Of a DNA stretch of 32,000 nucleotides, positions 20,260 to 30,462 are shown piece by piece. Under the pieces are notes generated by a model, which did no database searches, was not told the origin of the DNA, and saw nothing but the letters and a program-made list of their open reading frames with translations. Source of the stretch: Escherichia coli (lineage in GTDB: Bacteria; Pseudomonadota; Gammaproteobacteria; Enterobacterales; Enterobacteriaceae); NCBI RefSeq assembly GCF_050516355.1, contig NZ_CP191552.1; one strand, written 5' to 3'. Every line of letters starts with the position of its first letter. The stretch's first letter is position 1. A program made the position numbers and the translations under genes.

Positions 20260-20426
20260 GGTCATTCCTTAAGCATTTTGGGATGCGTTCATTTTAATTT
20301 CACCAATTGTTTAAAAAGTGACGGCTGTCAATTTTTTGACGATAAATTACAAATACGATCAAAAACAGACAAGCAAGGCATGTCATAAATGACAAAAAGT
20401 GACATTACTGTATTCAGGAGAGGGTT

Positions 20427-21323
20427 ATGGCAGCAATCGCGTTTATCGGTTTAGGGCAAATGGGTTCGCCAATGGCGAGCAATTTATTGCAGCAAGGGCA
20501 TCAACTTCGCGTCTTTGATGTGAACGCCGAAGCTGTGCGGCATCTGGTAGACAAAGGTGCGACTCCCGCCGCCAACCCGGCGCAGGCCGCTAAAGATGCC
20601 GAATTTATCATTACCATGTTGCCGAATGGTGATCTGGTGCGCAGCGTGTTGTTCGGTGAAAACGGTGTCTGTGAGAGCTTATCTTCCGATGCGCTGGTCA
20701 TTGATATGTCGACCATCCATCCGCTGCAAACCGATAAATTGATTGCTGATATGCAGGCCAGAGGCTTCAGCATGATGGATGTTCCGGTAGGCCGTACTTC
20801 TGCAAATGCCATTACCGGTACTCTGCTACTGCTGGCTGGCGGCACTGCTGAACAAGTTGAACGCGCCACGCCGATCCTGATGGCGATGGGCAGCGAGTTG
20901 ATCAACGCGGGCGGTCCGGGCATGGGGATCCGCGTTAAGCTTATCAACAACTACATGAGCATCGCGCTCAATGCGTTGTCGGCAGAAGCCGCCGTTTTGT
21001 GCGAAGCCCTGAATCTTCCCTTCGATGTTGCCGTCAAGGTGATGAGCGGTACCGCCGCCGGTAAAGGCCACTTCACCACTTCCTGGCCGAACAAAGTCCT
21101 CAGCGGGGATCTTTCTCCCGCCTTCATGATCGATCTTGCCCATAAGGATCTTGGCATCGCCCTTGATGTCGCCAACCAGTTGCATGTGCCGATGCCACTG
21201 GGGGCCGCCTCACGGGAGGTTTATAGCCAGGCGCGCGCAGCGGGTCGCGGTCGCCAGGACTGGTCCGCCATTCTGGAGCAGGTCCGTGTCAGTGCCGGGA
21301 TGACTGCCAAAGTAAAAATGTAA
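20427..21323 (+). CDS. yihU: 3-sulfolactaldehyde reductase (beta-hydroxyacid dehydrogenase family)
   Basis: 298 aa: [21 protein letters not shown] Rossmann motif, [10 protein letters not shown]-like C-terminal element. Confidence 0.95.
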   Translation: MAAIAFIGLGQMGSPMASNLLQQGHQLRVFDVNAEAVRHLVDKGATPAANPAQAAKDAEFIITMLPNGDLVRSVLFGENGVCESLSSDALVIDMSTIHPLQTDKLIADMQARGFSMMDVPVGRTSANAITGTLLLLAGGTAEQVERATPILMAMGSELINAGGPGMGIRVKLINNYMSIALNALSAEAAVLCEALNLPFDVAVKVMSGTAAGKGHFTTSWPNKVLSGDLSPAFMIDLAHKDLGIALDVANQLHVPMPLGAASREVYSQARAAGRGRQDWSAILEQVRVSAGMTAKVKM

Positions 21324-21346
21324 CGACTGGATAAAGGAATAAATGA

Positions 21347-22225
21347 ATGAATAAGTACACCATCAACGACATTACGCGCGCATCGGGCGGTTTTGCCATG
21401 CTGGCGGTCGATCAGCGCGAAGCCATGCGCATGATGTTTGCCGCGGCTGGCGCACCCGCTCCAGTAGCCGATAGCGTTTTAACTGATTTCAAAGTTAACG
21501 CCGCGAAGACTCTTTCACCTTATGCATCGGCGATTCTGGTAGATCAACAATTCTGCTACCGCCAGGTGGTTGAGCAAAACGCAATTGCCAAAAGCTGCGC
21601 CATGATCGTCGCTGCCGATGAATTTATTCCAGGCAACGGTATTCCGGTGGATAGCGTAGTCATTGACCGCAAAATCAACCCGCAACAAATCAAACAAGAC
21701 GGTGGCAAAGCCTTAAAACTGCTGGTGCTGTGGCGTAGTGATGAAGATGCGCAGCAACGCCTGGATATGGTGAAAGAGTTCAATGAACTGTGCCACTCAC
21801 ACGGTCTGGTGAGCATCATTGAGCCAGTCGTTCGTCCGCCGCGTCGTGGCGATAAATTCGATCGCGAACAAGCAATCATCGATGCAGCCAAAGAGCTGGG
21901 TGATAGCGGTGCAGACCTCTACAAAGTTGAAATGCCGCTTTACGGCAAAGGTCCGCAACAAGAGCTTCTCAGTGCTTCACAACGTTTGAATGACCATATC
22001 AATATGCCGTGGGTGATACTTTCTTCCGGTGTCGACGAAAAACTGTTCCCGCGTGCCGTACGCGTGGCAATGACGGCGGGCGCATCGGGATTCCTTGCAG
22101 GCCGTGCAGTCTGGGCATCGGTCGTCGGTTTACCAGACAACGAGTTGATGCTGCGTGACGTTTGCGTACCGAAATTACAACAACTTGGCGATATCGTCGA
22201 CGAAATGATGGCTAAACGCCGTTAA
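21347..22225 (+). CDS. yihT: 6-deoxy-6-sulfofructose-1-phosphate aldolase
   Basis: 292 aa [28 protein letters not shown]..., class I DeoC/LacD-like aldolase with LYKVEMP lysine region. Confidence 0.95.
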   Translation: MNKYTINDITRASGGFAMLAVDQREAMRMMFAAAGAPAPVADSVLTDFKVNAAKTLSPYASAILVDQQFCYRQVVEQNAIAKSCAMIVAADEFIPGNGIPVDSVVIDRKINPQQIKQDGGKALKLLVLWRSDEDAQQRLDMVKEFNELCHSHGLVSIIEPVVRPPRRGDKFDREQAIIDAAKELGDSGADLYKVEMPLYGKGPQQELLSASQRLNDHINMPWVILSSGVDEKLFPRAVRVAMTAGASGFLAGRAVWASVVGLPDNELMLRDVCVPKLQQLGDIVDEMMAKRR

Positions 22226-22240
22226 GATGGGGATACAAAA

Positions 22241-23482
22241 ATGAAATGGTTTAACACCTTAAGTCACAACCGTTGGCTGGAACAGGAAACCGACCGCATC
22301 TTTGATTTTGGTAAAAATTCCGTGGTGCCGACTGGTTTTGGCTGGTTAGGCAATAAAGGGCAAATCAAAGAAGAGATGGGCACCCATCTGTGGATCACCG
22401 CCCGTATGTTACACGTTTATTCCGTTGCTGCGGCGATGGGTCGACCTGGCGCTTACTCGTTGGTTGATCACGGTATCAAAGCCATGAACGGCGCACTGCG
22501 CGATAAAAAATATGGCGGTTGGTATGCCTGCGTGAATGACGAGGGCGTGGTGGATGCCTCCAAACAGGGCTATCAACACTTCTTCGCTCTGCTGGGTGCC
22601 GCCAGCGCGGTCACAACGGGTCACCCGGAAGCGCGCAAGCTGCTCGATTACACCATTGAAATTATCGAGAAATACTTCTGGAGCGAAGAAGAGCAGATGT
22701 GCCTGGAGTCCTGGGATGAAGCCTTCAGCAAAACCGAAGAGTATCGCGGCGGCAATGCCAATATGCACGCGGTGGAAGCCTTCCTGATTGTCTATGACGT
22801 CACCCATGACAAAAAATGGCTGGATCGCGCGATTCGCGTGGCTTCCGTGATTATCCACGACGTCGCCAGAAATAATCATTATCGCGTTAACGAGCACTTC
22901 GATACCCAGTGGAATCCGCTGCCGGATTACAACAAAGATAACCCGGCGCACCGCTTCCGCGCATTCGGAGGCACGCCAGGCCACTGGATCGAGTGGGGTC
23001 GTTTAATGCTGCACATCCATGCCGCCCTGGAAGCCCGCTGCGAACAGCCGCCAGCCTGGCTGTTAGAAGATGCCAAAGGTCTGTTCAACGCCACCGTGCG
23101 CGATGCCTGGGCGCCCGATGGTGCGGACGGGATTGTTTATACCGTTGACTGGGAAGGAAAACCGGTCGTTCGCGAACGTGTGCGTTGGCCTATCGTCGAG
23201 GCGATGGGTACGGCTTACGCGCTCTACACCGTCACCGGCGATCGCCAGTACGAAACCTGGTATCAGACATGGTGGGAGTACTGCATTAAGTACCTGATGG
23301 ACTATGAAAATGGTTCCTGGTGGCAGGAGCTGGATGCGGACAATAAGGTCACCACCAAAGTCTGGGACGGCAAACAGGATATTTATCACCTGCTGCATTG
23401 CCTGGTGATCCCGCGTATCCCGTTAGCGCCCGGCATGGCTCCAGCGGTTGCGGCGGGGCTGCTGGACGTGAATGCCAAATAA
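22241..23482 (+). CDS. yihS: Sulfoquinovose isomerase (AGE/N-acylglucosamine 2-epimerase fold)
   Basis: 413 aa [37 protein letters not shown].... Confidence 0.95.
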   Translation: MKWFNTLSHNRWLEQETDRIFDFGKNSVVPTGFGWLGNKGQIKEEMGTHLWITARMLHVYSVAAAMGRPGAYSLVDHGIKAMNGALRDKKYGGWYACVNDEGVVDASKQGYQHFFALLGAASAVTTGHPEARKLLDYTIEIIEKYFWSEEEQMCLESWDEAFSKTEEYRGGNANMHAVEAFLIVYDVTHDKKWLDRAIRVASVIIHDVARNNHYRVNEHFDTQWNPLPDYNKDNPAHRFRAFGGTPGHWIEWGRLMLHIHAALEARCEQPPAWLLEDAKGLFNATVRDAWAPDGADGIVYTVDWEGKPVVRERVRWPIVEAMGTAYALYTVTGDRQYETWYQTWWEYCIKYLMDYENGSWWQELDADNKVTTKVWDGKQDIYHLLHCLVIPRIPLAPGMAPAVAAGLLDVNAK

Positions 23483-23499
23483 CTGACTGAAAACCCTAA

Positions 23500-23522
23500 C
23501 CCTCTCCCCAAAGGGGAGAGGG
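23500..23522 (+). repeat. BoxC-like dispersed palindrome between yihS and yihR
   Basis: CCCTCTCCCC-AAA-GGGGAGAGGG is a perfect 10-bp stem embedded in AACCCTAACCCTCTCCCCAAAGGGGAGAGGGGACCG, resembling the enterobacterial boxC-type repeat. May also attenuate transcription. Confidence 0.7.
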
Positions 23523-23601
23523 GACCGCCCGGCGCAGTTTTTTGGTTTGACATCAGCCTCATGGGAGGCTGTATACCGTTTTTTTAATTAAGGTACCTCG
23601 T

Positions 23602-24501
23602 ATGCAAACCACCAATATGCATTGCAGTGGACAGACCGTTTCACTCACCGCTGGGGATTATCACGCAACTATCGTGACGGTTGGCGCAGGTCTGGCTGAA
23701 TTAACTTTTCAGGGCTGCCATTTAGTTATTCCGCATAAACCCGAAGAGATGCCGCTGGCACACCTGGGCAAAGTCCTTATTCCCTGGCCTAACCGGATTG
23801 CCAACGGCTGTTATCGCTATCAGGGGCAGGAATATCAGTTACCCATTAATGAACATGGTTCAAAAGCCGCTATTCACGGGCTGCTTGCCTGGCGTGACTG
23901 GCAAATAAGCGAACAAACCACCACCAGCGTCACATTAACGGCCTTTTTGCCGCCCAGTTACGGCTATCCGTTTATGCTGGCCTCGCAAGTTGTTTATTCG
24001 CTCAACGCACGCACGGGCCTTTCCGTTGAGATCGCAAGCCAGAATATCGGCACTGTCGCAGCACCTTATGGTGTGGGTATTCATCCTTATTTAACCTGCA
24101 ACTTAACGCCTGTTGATGACTATGTATTCCAGCTTCCAGCAGAACAGGTTTATGCCGTCGAGCACGCGAATCCGACAACGCTTCACCACGTTGATGAGCT
24201 GGATTTAAATTTCACGCAGGCGAAAAAAATAGCCGCGACAAAAATCGACCACACCTTTAAAACCGCTAATGATCTGTGGGAAATGACCATTACCCATCCA
24301 CAACAGGTTCTTTCGGTAAGCCTTTGTTCCGATCAACCCTGGGTGCAGGTTTATAGCGGAGAAAAATTACAGCGCCAGGGCCTGGCAGTTGAACCTATGA
24401 GTTGCCCGCCTAACGCCTTTAATTCAGGTATCGACTTATTATTACTGGAACCAGGAAAAACGCACCGCCTGTTTTTTAATATTCACGGACAGAGAAAATA
24501 A
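23602..24501 (+). CDS. yihR: Aldose-1-epimerase-like sulfoquinovose mutarotase
   Basis: 299 aa with mutarotase-like IGIHPYLTC and HGLLAWRDW segments, in the expected syntenic position. Confidence 0.92.
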   Translation: MQTTNMHCSGQTVSLTAGDYHATIVTVGAGLAELTFQGCHLVIPHKPEEMPLAHLGKVLIPWPNRIANGCYRYQGQEYQLPINEHGSKAAIHGLLAWRDWQISEQTTTSVTLTAFLPPSYGYPFMLASQVVYSLNARTGLSVEIASQNIGTVAAPYGVGIHPYLTCNLTPVDDYVFQLPAEQVYAVEHANPTTLHHVDELDLNFTQAKKIAATKIDHTFKTANDLWEMTITHPQQVLSVSLCSDQPWVQVYSGEKLQRQGLAVEPMSCPPNAFNSGIDLLLLEPGKTHRLFFNIHGQRK

Positions 24502-24698
24502 CTTGTATTGATTAGCAGTCAAAATCATTGAAGAACATTTCACTCGTAAAGGCAACGTTATGTATCTTCAATTTATTAAGTTAAAAAAAGCTCAGCTTCT
24601 GTAAAGTTTATATATATCAGTTTTATGAGAATCATTTTACATAAGCCTGTAATAACGGGAAGGAAACAATCTCGTCCTCAACTCTATGGAGATTATTT

Positions 24699-26735
24699 AT
24701 GGATACGCCACGCCCACAGCTATTAGATTTTCAATTTCATCAGAATAACGACAGTTTTACTCTACGTTTTCAAGACCGCCTTATTTTAATCCATAGCAAA
24801 GATAATCCTTGCTTATCGATTGGCTCAGGTATAGCGGATATCGATATGTTCCGCGGTAATTTCAGCATTAAAGATAAATTGCAGGAGAAAATTGCGCTTA
24901 CCGACGCCATCGTCAGCCAGTCACCGGATGGCTGGTTAATCCATTTCAGCCGTGGTTCTGACATTAGCGCCACGCTGCGTATCTCTGCCGACGATCAGGG
25001 CCGTTTATTGCTGGAACTACAAAACGACAACCTTAACCACAACCGTATCTGGCTGCGCCTTGCCGCTCAACCAGAGGACCATATCTACGGCTGCGGTGAA
25101 CAATTCTCCTACTTTGATCTGCGCGGCAAACCGTTCCCGCTATGGACCAGTGAACAAGGCGTTGGTCGCAACAAGCAAACCTATGTCACCTGGCAGGCCG
25201 ACTGCAAAGAGAACGCGGGCGGCGACTATTACTGGACTTTCTTCCCGCAGCCTACGTTTGTCAGCACGCAGAAGTATTACTGCCATGTTGATAACAGTTG
25301 CTACATGAACTTCGACTTTAGCGCCCCGGAATACCATGAACTGGCGCTGTGGGAAGACAAAGCAACGCTGCGTTTTGAATGTGCTGATACATACATCTCC
25401 CTGCTGGAAAAATTAACTGCCCTGCTGGGACGCCAGCCAGAACTGCCCGACTGGATTTATGACGGGGTAACGCTCGGCATTCAGGGCGGGACTGAAGTGT
25501 GCCAGAAGAAACTGGACACCATGCGTAACGCGGGCGTGAAGGTCAACGGCATCTGGGCGCAGGACTGGTCCGGGATCCGTATGACCTCGTTTGGTAAACG
25601 TGTGATGTGGAACTGGAAGTGGAACAGCGAAAACTATCCGCAACTGGATTCGCGTATTAAACAGTGGAACAAAGAAGGCGTGCAGTTCCTCGCCTACATC
25701 AACCCGTATGTTGCCAGCGATAAGGACCTCTGCGCCGAGGCGGCTTCACACGGCTATCTGGCAAAAGATGCCTCTGGCGGTGACTATCTGGTGGAGTTTG
25801 GTGAGTTTTATGGCGGCGTTGTCGATTTGACCAATCCTGAAGCCTATTCCTGGTTCAAAGAAGTCATCAAGAAAAACATGATCGAATTGGGCTGCGGCGG
25901 CTGGATGGCAGATTTTGGCGAATACTTGCCGACCGATACGTATCTGCACAACGGCGTCAGTGCCGAAATAATGCATAACGCCTGGCCTGCGCTGTGGGCG
26001 AAATGTAACTACGAAGCCCTTGAAGAAACGGGCAAGCTCGGCGAGATCCTCTTCTTTATGCGCGCCGGTTCTACCGGTAGCCAGAAATACTCCACCATGA
26101 TGTGGGCGGGCGACCAGAACGTTGACTGGAGTCTGGACGATGGCCTGGCGTCTGTCGTCCCGGCGGCGCTGTCGCTGGCAATGACCGGACATGGCCTGCA
26201 TCACAGTGATATTGGCGGTTACACCACCCTGTTTGAGATGAAGCGCAGCAAAGAGCTGCTGCTGCGCTGGTGCGATTTCAGCGCCTTCACGCCGATGATG
26301 CGCACCCACGAAGGCAACCGTCCTGGCGACAACTGGCAGTTTGACGGCGACGCGGAAACTATCGCCCATTTTGCCCGTATGACCACAGTCTTCACCACGC
26401 TGAAACCTTACCTGAAAGAGGCCGTCGCGCTGAATGCGAAGTCCGGCCTGCCGGTTATGCGCCCGCTGTTCCTGCATTACGAAGACGACGCGCAGACCTA
26501 CACCCTGAAATATCAGTACCTGTTAGGCCGCGACATTCTGGTCGCTCCGGTGCATGAAGAAGGCCGTAGCGACTGGACGCTCTATCTGCCGGAGGATAAC
26601 TGGGTCCATGCCTGGACGGGTGAAGCGTTCCGGGGCGGGGAAGTTACCGTTAATGCGCCCATCGGTAAACCGCCGGTCTTTTATCGCGCCGATAGCGAAT
26701 GGGCGGCACTGTTCGCGTCGTTAAAAAGCATCTAA
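24699..26735 (+). CDS. yihQ: Sulfoquinovosidase (GH31)
   Basis: 678 aa with GH31 features KVNGIWAQDWSG, GWMADFGEYLP and DQNVDWSLDDGL. Confidence 0.96.
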   Translation: MDTPRPQLLDFQFHQNNDSFTLRFQDRLILIHSKDNPCLSIGSGIADIDMFRGNFSIKDKLQEKIALTDAIVSQSPDGWLIHFSRGSDISATLRISADDQGRLLLELQNDNLNHNRIWLRLAAQPEDHIYGCGEQFSYFDLRGKPFPLWTSEQGVGRNKQTYVTWQADCKENAGGDYYWTFFPQPTFVSTQKYYCHVDNSCYMNFDFSAPEYHELALWEDKATLRFECADTYISLLEKLTALLGRQPELPDWIYDGVTLGIQGGTEVCQKKLDTMRNAGVKVNGIWAQDWSGIRMTSFGKRVMWNWKWNSENYPQLDSRIKQWNKEGVQFLAYINPYVASDKDLCAEAASHGYLAKDASGGDYLVEFGEFYGGVVDLTNPEAYSWFKEVIKKNMIELGCGGWMADFGEYLPTDTYLHNGVSAEIMHNAWPALWAKCNYEALEETGKLGEILFFMRAGSTGSQKYSTMMWAGDQNVDWSLDDGLASVVPAALSLAMTGHGLHHSDIGGYTTLFEMKRSKELLLRWCDFSAFTPMMRTHEGNRPGDNWQFDGDAETIAHFARMTTVFTTLKPYLKEAVALNAKSGLPVMRPLFLHYEDDAQTYTLKYQYLLGRDILVAPVHEEGRSDWTLYLPEDNWVHAWTGEAFRGGEVTVNAPIGKPPVFYRADSEWAALFASLKSI

Positions 26736-26780
26736 TCACATCCGCCCGTGGGGAAACTCACGGGCAAAGGGAGAACAACG

Positions 26781-28166
26781 ATGAGTCACATCACAACGGA
26801 AGATCCAGCAACTTTACGCCTGCCCTTTAAAGAGAAACTCTCTTACGGTATTGGCGACCTGGCCTCTAACATCCTGCTGGATATTGGTACGCTTTATCTT
26901 TTGAAGTTTTATACCGACGTTCTGGGGCTGCCTGGCACCTATGGCGGCATTATCTTTTTGATTTCAAAATTCTTTACCGCCTTTACCGATATGGGTACCG
27001 GCATTATGTTGGATTCCCGACGCAAGATCGGTCCAAAAGGTAAGTTCCGTCCTTTTATTCTGTATGCGTCATTCCCAGTCACCTTACTGGCGATCGCCAA
27101 CTTTGTCGGCACACCGTTTGATGTCACCGGTAAAACGGTGATGGCCACCATCCTGTTTATGCTTTACGGACTGTTTTTCAGCATGATGAACTGTTCCTAC
27201 GGCGCAATGGTGCCTGCCATCACCAAAAACCCCAACGAGCGCGCATCGTTGGCGGCATGGCGTCAGGGCGGCGCTACGCTGGGCCTGCTGCTGTGTACGG
27301 TGGGATTCGTGCCGGTTATGAATCTTATCGAGGGTAATCAGCAACTTGGCTATATCTTCGCCGCCACGCTGTTTTCACTGTTCGGCCTGCTGTTTATGTG
27401 GATCTGCTATTCGGGCGTGAAAGAGCGTTATGTCGAAACCCAACCTACCAATCCGGCGCAAAAGCCTGGCTTGTTGCAATCTTTCCGTGCGATTGCCGGT
27501 AACCGCCCGCTGTTCATTCTGTGCATTGCCAACCTCTGCACTTTAGGGGCATTTAACGTCAAGCTCGCCATTCAGGTCTATTACACCCAGTACGTGCTCA
27601 ACGATCCCATCCTGTTGTCATATATGGGATTTTTCAGCATGGGCTGTATTTTCATCGGCGTGTTCCTGATGCCCGGCGCAGTCAGACGTTTTGGTAAGAA
27701 GAAGGTCTATATCGGCGGCCTGCTGATTTGGGTGCTTGGCGATCTGCTCAACTATTTCTTTGGCGGCGGTTCGGTCAGCTTCGTGGCGTTCTCCTGCCTG
27801 GCATTCTTCGGCTCAGCGTTTGTTAACAGCCTGAACTGGGCGCTGGTTTCCGACACCGTCGAGTACGGCGAGTGGCGCACCGGTGTGCGTTCGGAAGGTA
27901 CGGTCTACACCGGTTTCACCTTCTTTCGCAAAGTATCTCAGGCGCTGGCAGGTTTCTTCCCAGGCTGGATGCTGACGCAAATCGGCTATGTGCCAAACGT
28001 CGCCCAGGCTGACCACACTATCGAAGGGTTGCGCCAACTGATCTTCATCTACCCAAGCGCACTGGCAGTAGTCACCATCGTGGCAATGGGTTGCTTCTAC
28101 AGTCTGAACGAGAAGATGTACGTCCGCATTGTTGAAGAGATAGAAGCCCGTAAACGCACGGCGTAA
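26781..28166 (+). CDS. yihP: GPH-family sugar transporter YihP (putative sulfoquinovose/derivative transport)
   Basis: MSHITTEDPATLRLPFKEKLSYGIGDLASNILLDIGTLYLLKFYTD..., MelB/GPH-type symporter. Start refined from the track start at 26748 to the ATG after GGGAGAACAACG. Confidence 0.93.
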   Translation: MSHITTEDPATLRLPFKEKLSYGIGDLASNILLDIGTLYLLKFYTDVLGLPGTYGGIIFLISKFFTAFTDMGTGIMLDSRRKIGPKGKFRPFILYASFPVTLLAIANFVGTPFDVTGKTVMATILFMLYGLFFSMMNCSYGAMVPAITKNPNERASLAAWRQGGATLGLLLCTVGFVPVMNLIEGNQQLGYIFAATLFSLFGLLFMWICYSGVKERYVETQPTNPAQKPGLLQSFRAIAGNRPLFILCIANLCTLGAFNVKLAIQVYYTQYVLNDPILLSYMGFFSMGCIFIGVFLMPGAVRRFGKKKVYIGGLLIWVLGDLLNYFFGGGSVSFVAFSCLAFFGSAFVNSLNWALVSDTVEYGEWRTGVRSEGTVYTGFTFFRKVSQALAGFFPGWMLTQIGYVPNVAQADHTIEGLRQLIFIYPSALAVVTIVAMGCFYSLNEKMYVRIVEEIEARKRTA

Positions 28167-28208
28167 TTATAATAAACAACGCCCTGCGGGGCGTTATAAG
28201 GAGTGATT

Positions 28209-29612
28209 ATGTCTGACCATAATCCACTGACATTAAGACTGAATCTGCGGGAAAAAATCGCCTATGGTATGGGCGACGTCGGTTCGAATTTAATGCTCTG
28301 CATCGGTACTCTGTATCTCCTCAAATTTTATACCGATGAATTAGGGATGCCTGCTTACTATGGCGGGATTATCTTTCTGGTGGCGAAGTTTTTTACCGCA
28401 TTTACCGATATGCTCACCGGATTTTTACTCGACTCGCGGAAAAATATTGGGCCTAAAGGCAAATTTCGTCCCTTTATTTTATATGCAGCGGTTCCGGCGG
28501 CGTTAATTGCAACGCTCCAGTTTATCGCCACCACCTTTAGTTTGCCGGTTAAAACGACGATTGCCACCGCACTGTTTATGATGTTTGGACTTTCATACAG
28601 TCTGATGAACTGCTCGTATGGTGCGATGATCCCGGCCATTACCAAAAACCCCAATGAGCGCGCGCAGCTCGCGGCTTACCGCCAGGGTGGTGCAACCATA
28701 GGGCTATTGATTTGTACCGTGGCGTTTATTCCGTTGCAGTCGCTTTTTTCTGACTCAACCGTCGGTTATGCCTGTGCGGCACTGATGTTCTCCATTGGCG
28801 GCTTTATTTTTATGATGCTGTGCTACAGAGGCGTCAAAGAGCATTATGTGGACACGACGCCAACCGGACATAAGGCCAGTATTCTCAAATCATTTTGCGC
28901 GATATTTCATAATCCACCTTTGCTGGTATTGTGCATTGCTAACCTGTGTACTCTGGCGGCATTTAATATCAAACTGGCGATTCAGGTCTATTACACCCAG
29001 TATGTGCTAAATGATATTAATTTATTGTCGTGGATGGGATTCTTCAGTATGGGATGCATCCTCGTCGGCGTATTACTGGTGCCATTAACTGTAAAATATT
29101 TTGGTAAAAAACAGGTTTATTTAGCTGGCATGGTGCTGTGGGCGGTTGGTGATATCCTGAATTATTTCTGGGGAAGTAACTCTTTCACTTTCGTCATGTT
29201 CTCTTGTGTCGCCTTTTTTGGCACGGCCTTTGTAAACAGCCTGAACTGGGCACTGGTGCCAGATACCGTAGATTACGGTGAATGGAAAACCGGTATTCGT
29301 GCCGAAGGTTCTGTTTATACCGGTTATACCTTCTTTCGTAAAATTTCTGCCGCACTTGCTGGCTTCTTGCCAGGCATTATGCTGACGCAAATAGGTTATG
29401 TTCCCAACATCGCGCAAAGTGATGCGACATTACAGGGTTTGCGTCAGCTCATTTTTATCTGGCCTTGTGCACTGGCAATTATTGCTGCATTGACGATGGG
29501 ATTCTTTTACACACTCAATGAAAAACGGTTTGCACTGATTATTGAGGAAATTAACCAACGCAAAAATAAAGAAATTGAGACAGAAGAAAAAACGGCTTCC
29601 GTAACGTTATAA
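28209..29612 (+). CDS. yihO: GPH-family transporter YihO (putative sulfoquinovose importer)
   Basis: MSDHNPLTLRLNLREKIAYGMGDVGSNLMLCIGTLYLLKFYTDELGMP..., a paralogue of yihP. Confidence 0.94.
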   Translation: MSDHNPLTLRLNLREKIAYGMGDVGSNLMLCIGTLYLLKFYTDELGMPAYYGGIIFLVAKFFTAFTDMLTGFLLDSRKNIGPKGKFRPFILYAAVPAALIATLQFIATTFSLPVKTTIATALFMMFGLSYSLMNCSYGAMIPAITKNPNERAQLAAYRQGGATIGLLICTVAFIPLQSLFSDSTVGYACAALMFSIGGFIFMMLCYRGVKEHYVDTTPTGHKASILKSFCAIFHNPPLLVLCIANLCTLAAFNIKLAIQVYYTQYVLNDINLLSWMGFFSMGCILVGVLLVPLTVKYFGKKQVYLAGMVLWAVGDILNYFWGSNSFTFVMFSCVAFFGTAFVNSLNWALVPDTVDYGEWKTGIRAEGSVYTGYTFFRKISAALAGFLPGIMLTQIGYVPNIAQSDATLQGLRQLIFIWPCALAIIAALTMGFFYTLNEKRFALIIEEINQRKNKEIETEEKTASVTL

Positions 29613-29678
29613 ATGTCAATAGCCGCTATTTCCATCCTGGTGGGTGGCGGCCTCCCTACGCTTAAAAATGGACTTATT

Positions 29679-30371
29679 ATGAAAAAGATTAATGCAATAA
29701 TTCTATTATCCTCTCTGACCTCTGCCTCGGTATTTGCTGGCGCATACGTCGAAAACAGGGAGGCATATAATCTCGCCTCCGATCAGGGCGAGGTTATGCT
29801 ACGTGTGGGTTATAACTTCGATATGGGCGCGGGTATTATGTTAACCAATACCTACACCTTTCAGCGAGAAGATGAACTCAAACATGGATATAACGAAATC
29901 GAAGGTTGGTATCCGTTATTCAAACCAACCGATAAATTAACCATCCAGCCCGGTGGCTTAATTAATGATAAGAGTATCGGTTCGGGTGGTGCTGTTTATC
30001 TGGATGTTAACTACAAATTTACTCCATGGTTTAACCTGACGGTACGTAATCGTTTTAACCATAATAACTATAGCTCAACCGATTTGAACGGTGATCTGGA
30101 TAATAATGACAGCTACGAGATTGGCAACTACTGGAACTTTATTATTACCGATAAGTTCTCATATACCTTTGAACCGCATTATTTTTATAACATTAATGAT
30201 TTCAATAGCAGCAATGGTACGAAGCATCACTGGGAAATCACTAACACCTTCCGTTATCGCATTAATGAACACTGGCTCCCTTATTTCGAATTACGCTGGT
30301 TAGATCGTAATGTCGAACCGTACCACCGCGAGCAAAACCAGATTCGTATCGGGACGAAGTATTTCTTCTGA
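29679..30371 (+). CDS. ompL: Outer-membrane porin OmpL (KdgM/oligogalacturonate-type porin family)
   Basis: 230 aa from MKKINAIILLSSLTSASVFAGAYVENREAYN..., signal peptide, C-terminal Phe (IRIGTKYFF). Confidence 0.93.
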   Translation: MKKINAIILLSSLTSASVFAGAYVENREAYNLASDQGEVMLRVGYNFDMGAGIMLTNTYTFQREDELKHGYNEIEGWYPLFKPTDKLTIQPGGLINDKSIGSGGAVYLDVNYKFTPWFNLTVRNRFNHNNYSSTDLNGDLDNNDSYEIGNYWNFIITDKFSYTFEPHYFYNINDFNSSNGTKHHWEITNTFRYRINEHWLPYFELRWLDRNVEPYHREQNQIRIGTKYFF

Positions 30372-30381
30372 TGTAAAACTG

Positions 30382-30460
30382 CCGGATGAGGCGAAAACGC
30401 CTTATCCGGCCTACGGTTGATACGGTTTTCGTTGGCCGGATTAAGCCACATCCGGCCATT
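30382..30460. repeat. REP/BIME-type element between ompL and yihN
   Basis: GCCGGATGAGGCGAAAACGCCTTATCCGGCCTAC followed by an oppositely arranged GGCCGGATTAAGCCACATCCGGCC. Matches the E. coli REP consensus and lies between convergent genes. Confidence 0.88.
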
Positions 30461-30462
30461 AA

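Noticed and set aside
25746-26477. 243-aa minus-strand ORF inside yihQ
   Set aside because: Antisense to a clear GH31 gene; the translation has no domain features.
30382-30460. Possible CRISPR-like repeat
   Set aside because: It is a REP/BIME pair: only two inverted units, no spacers, canonical REP consensus.
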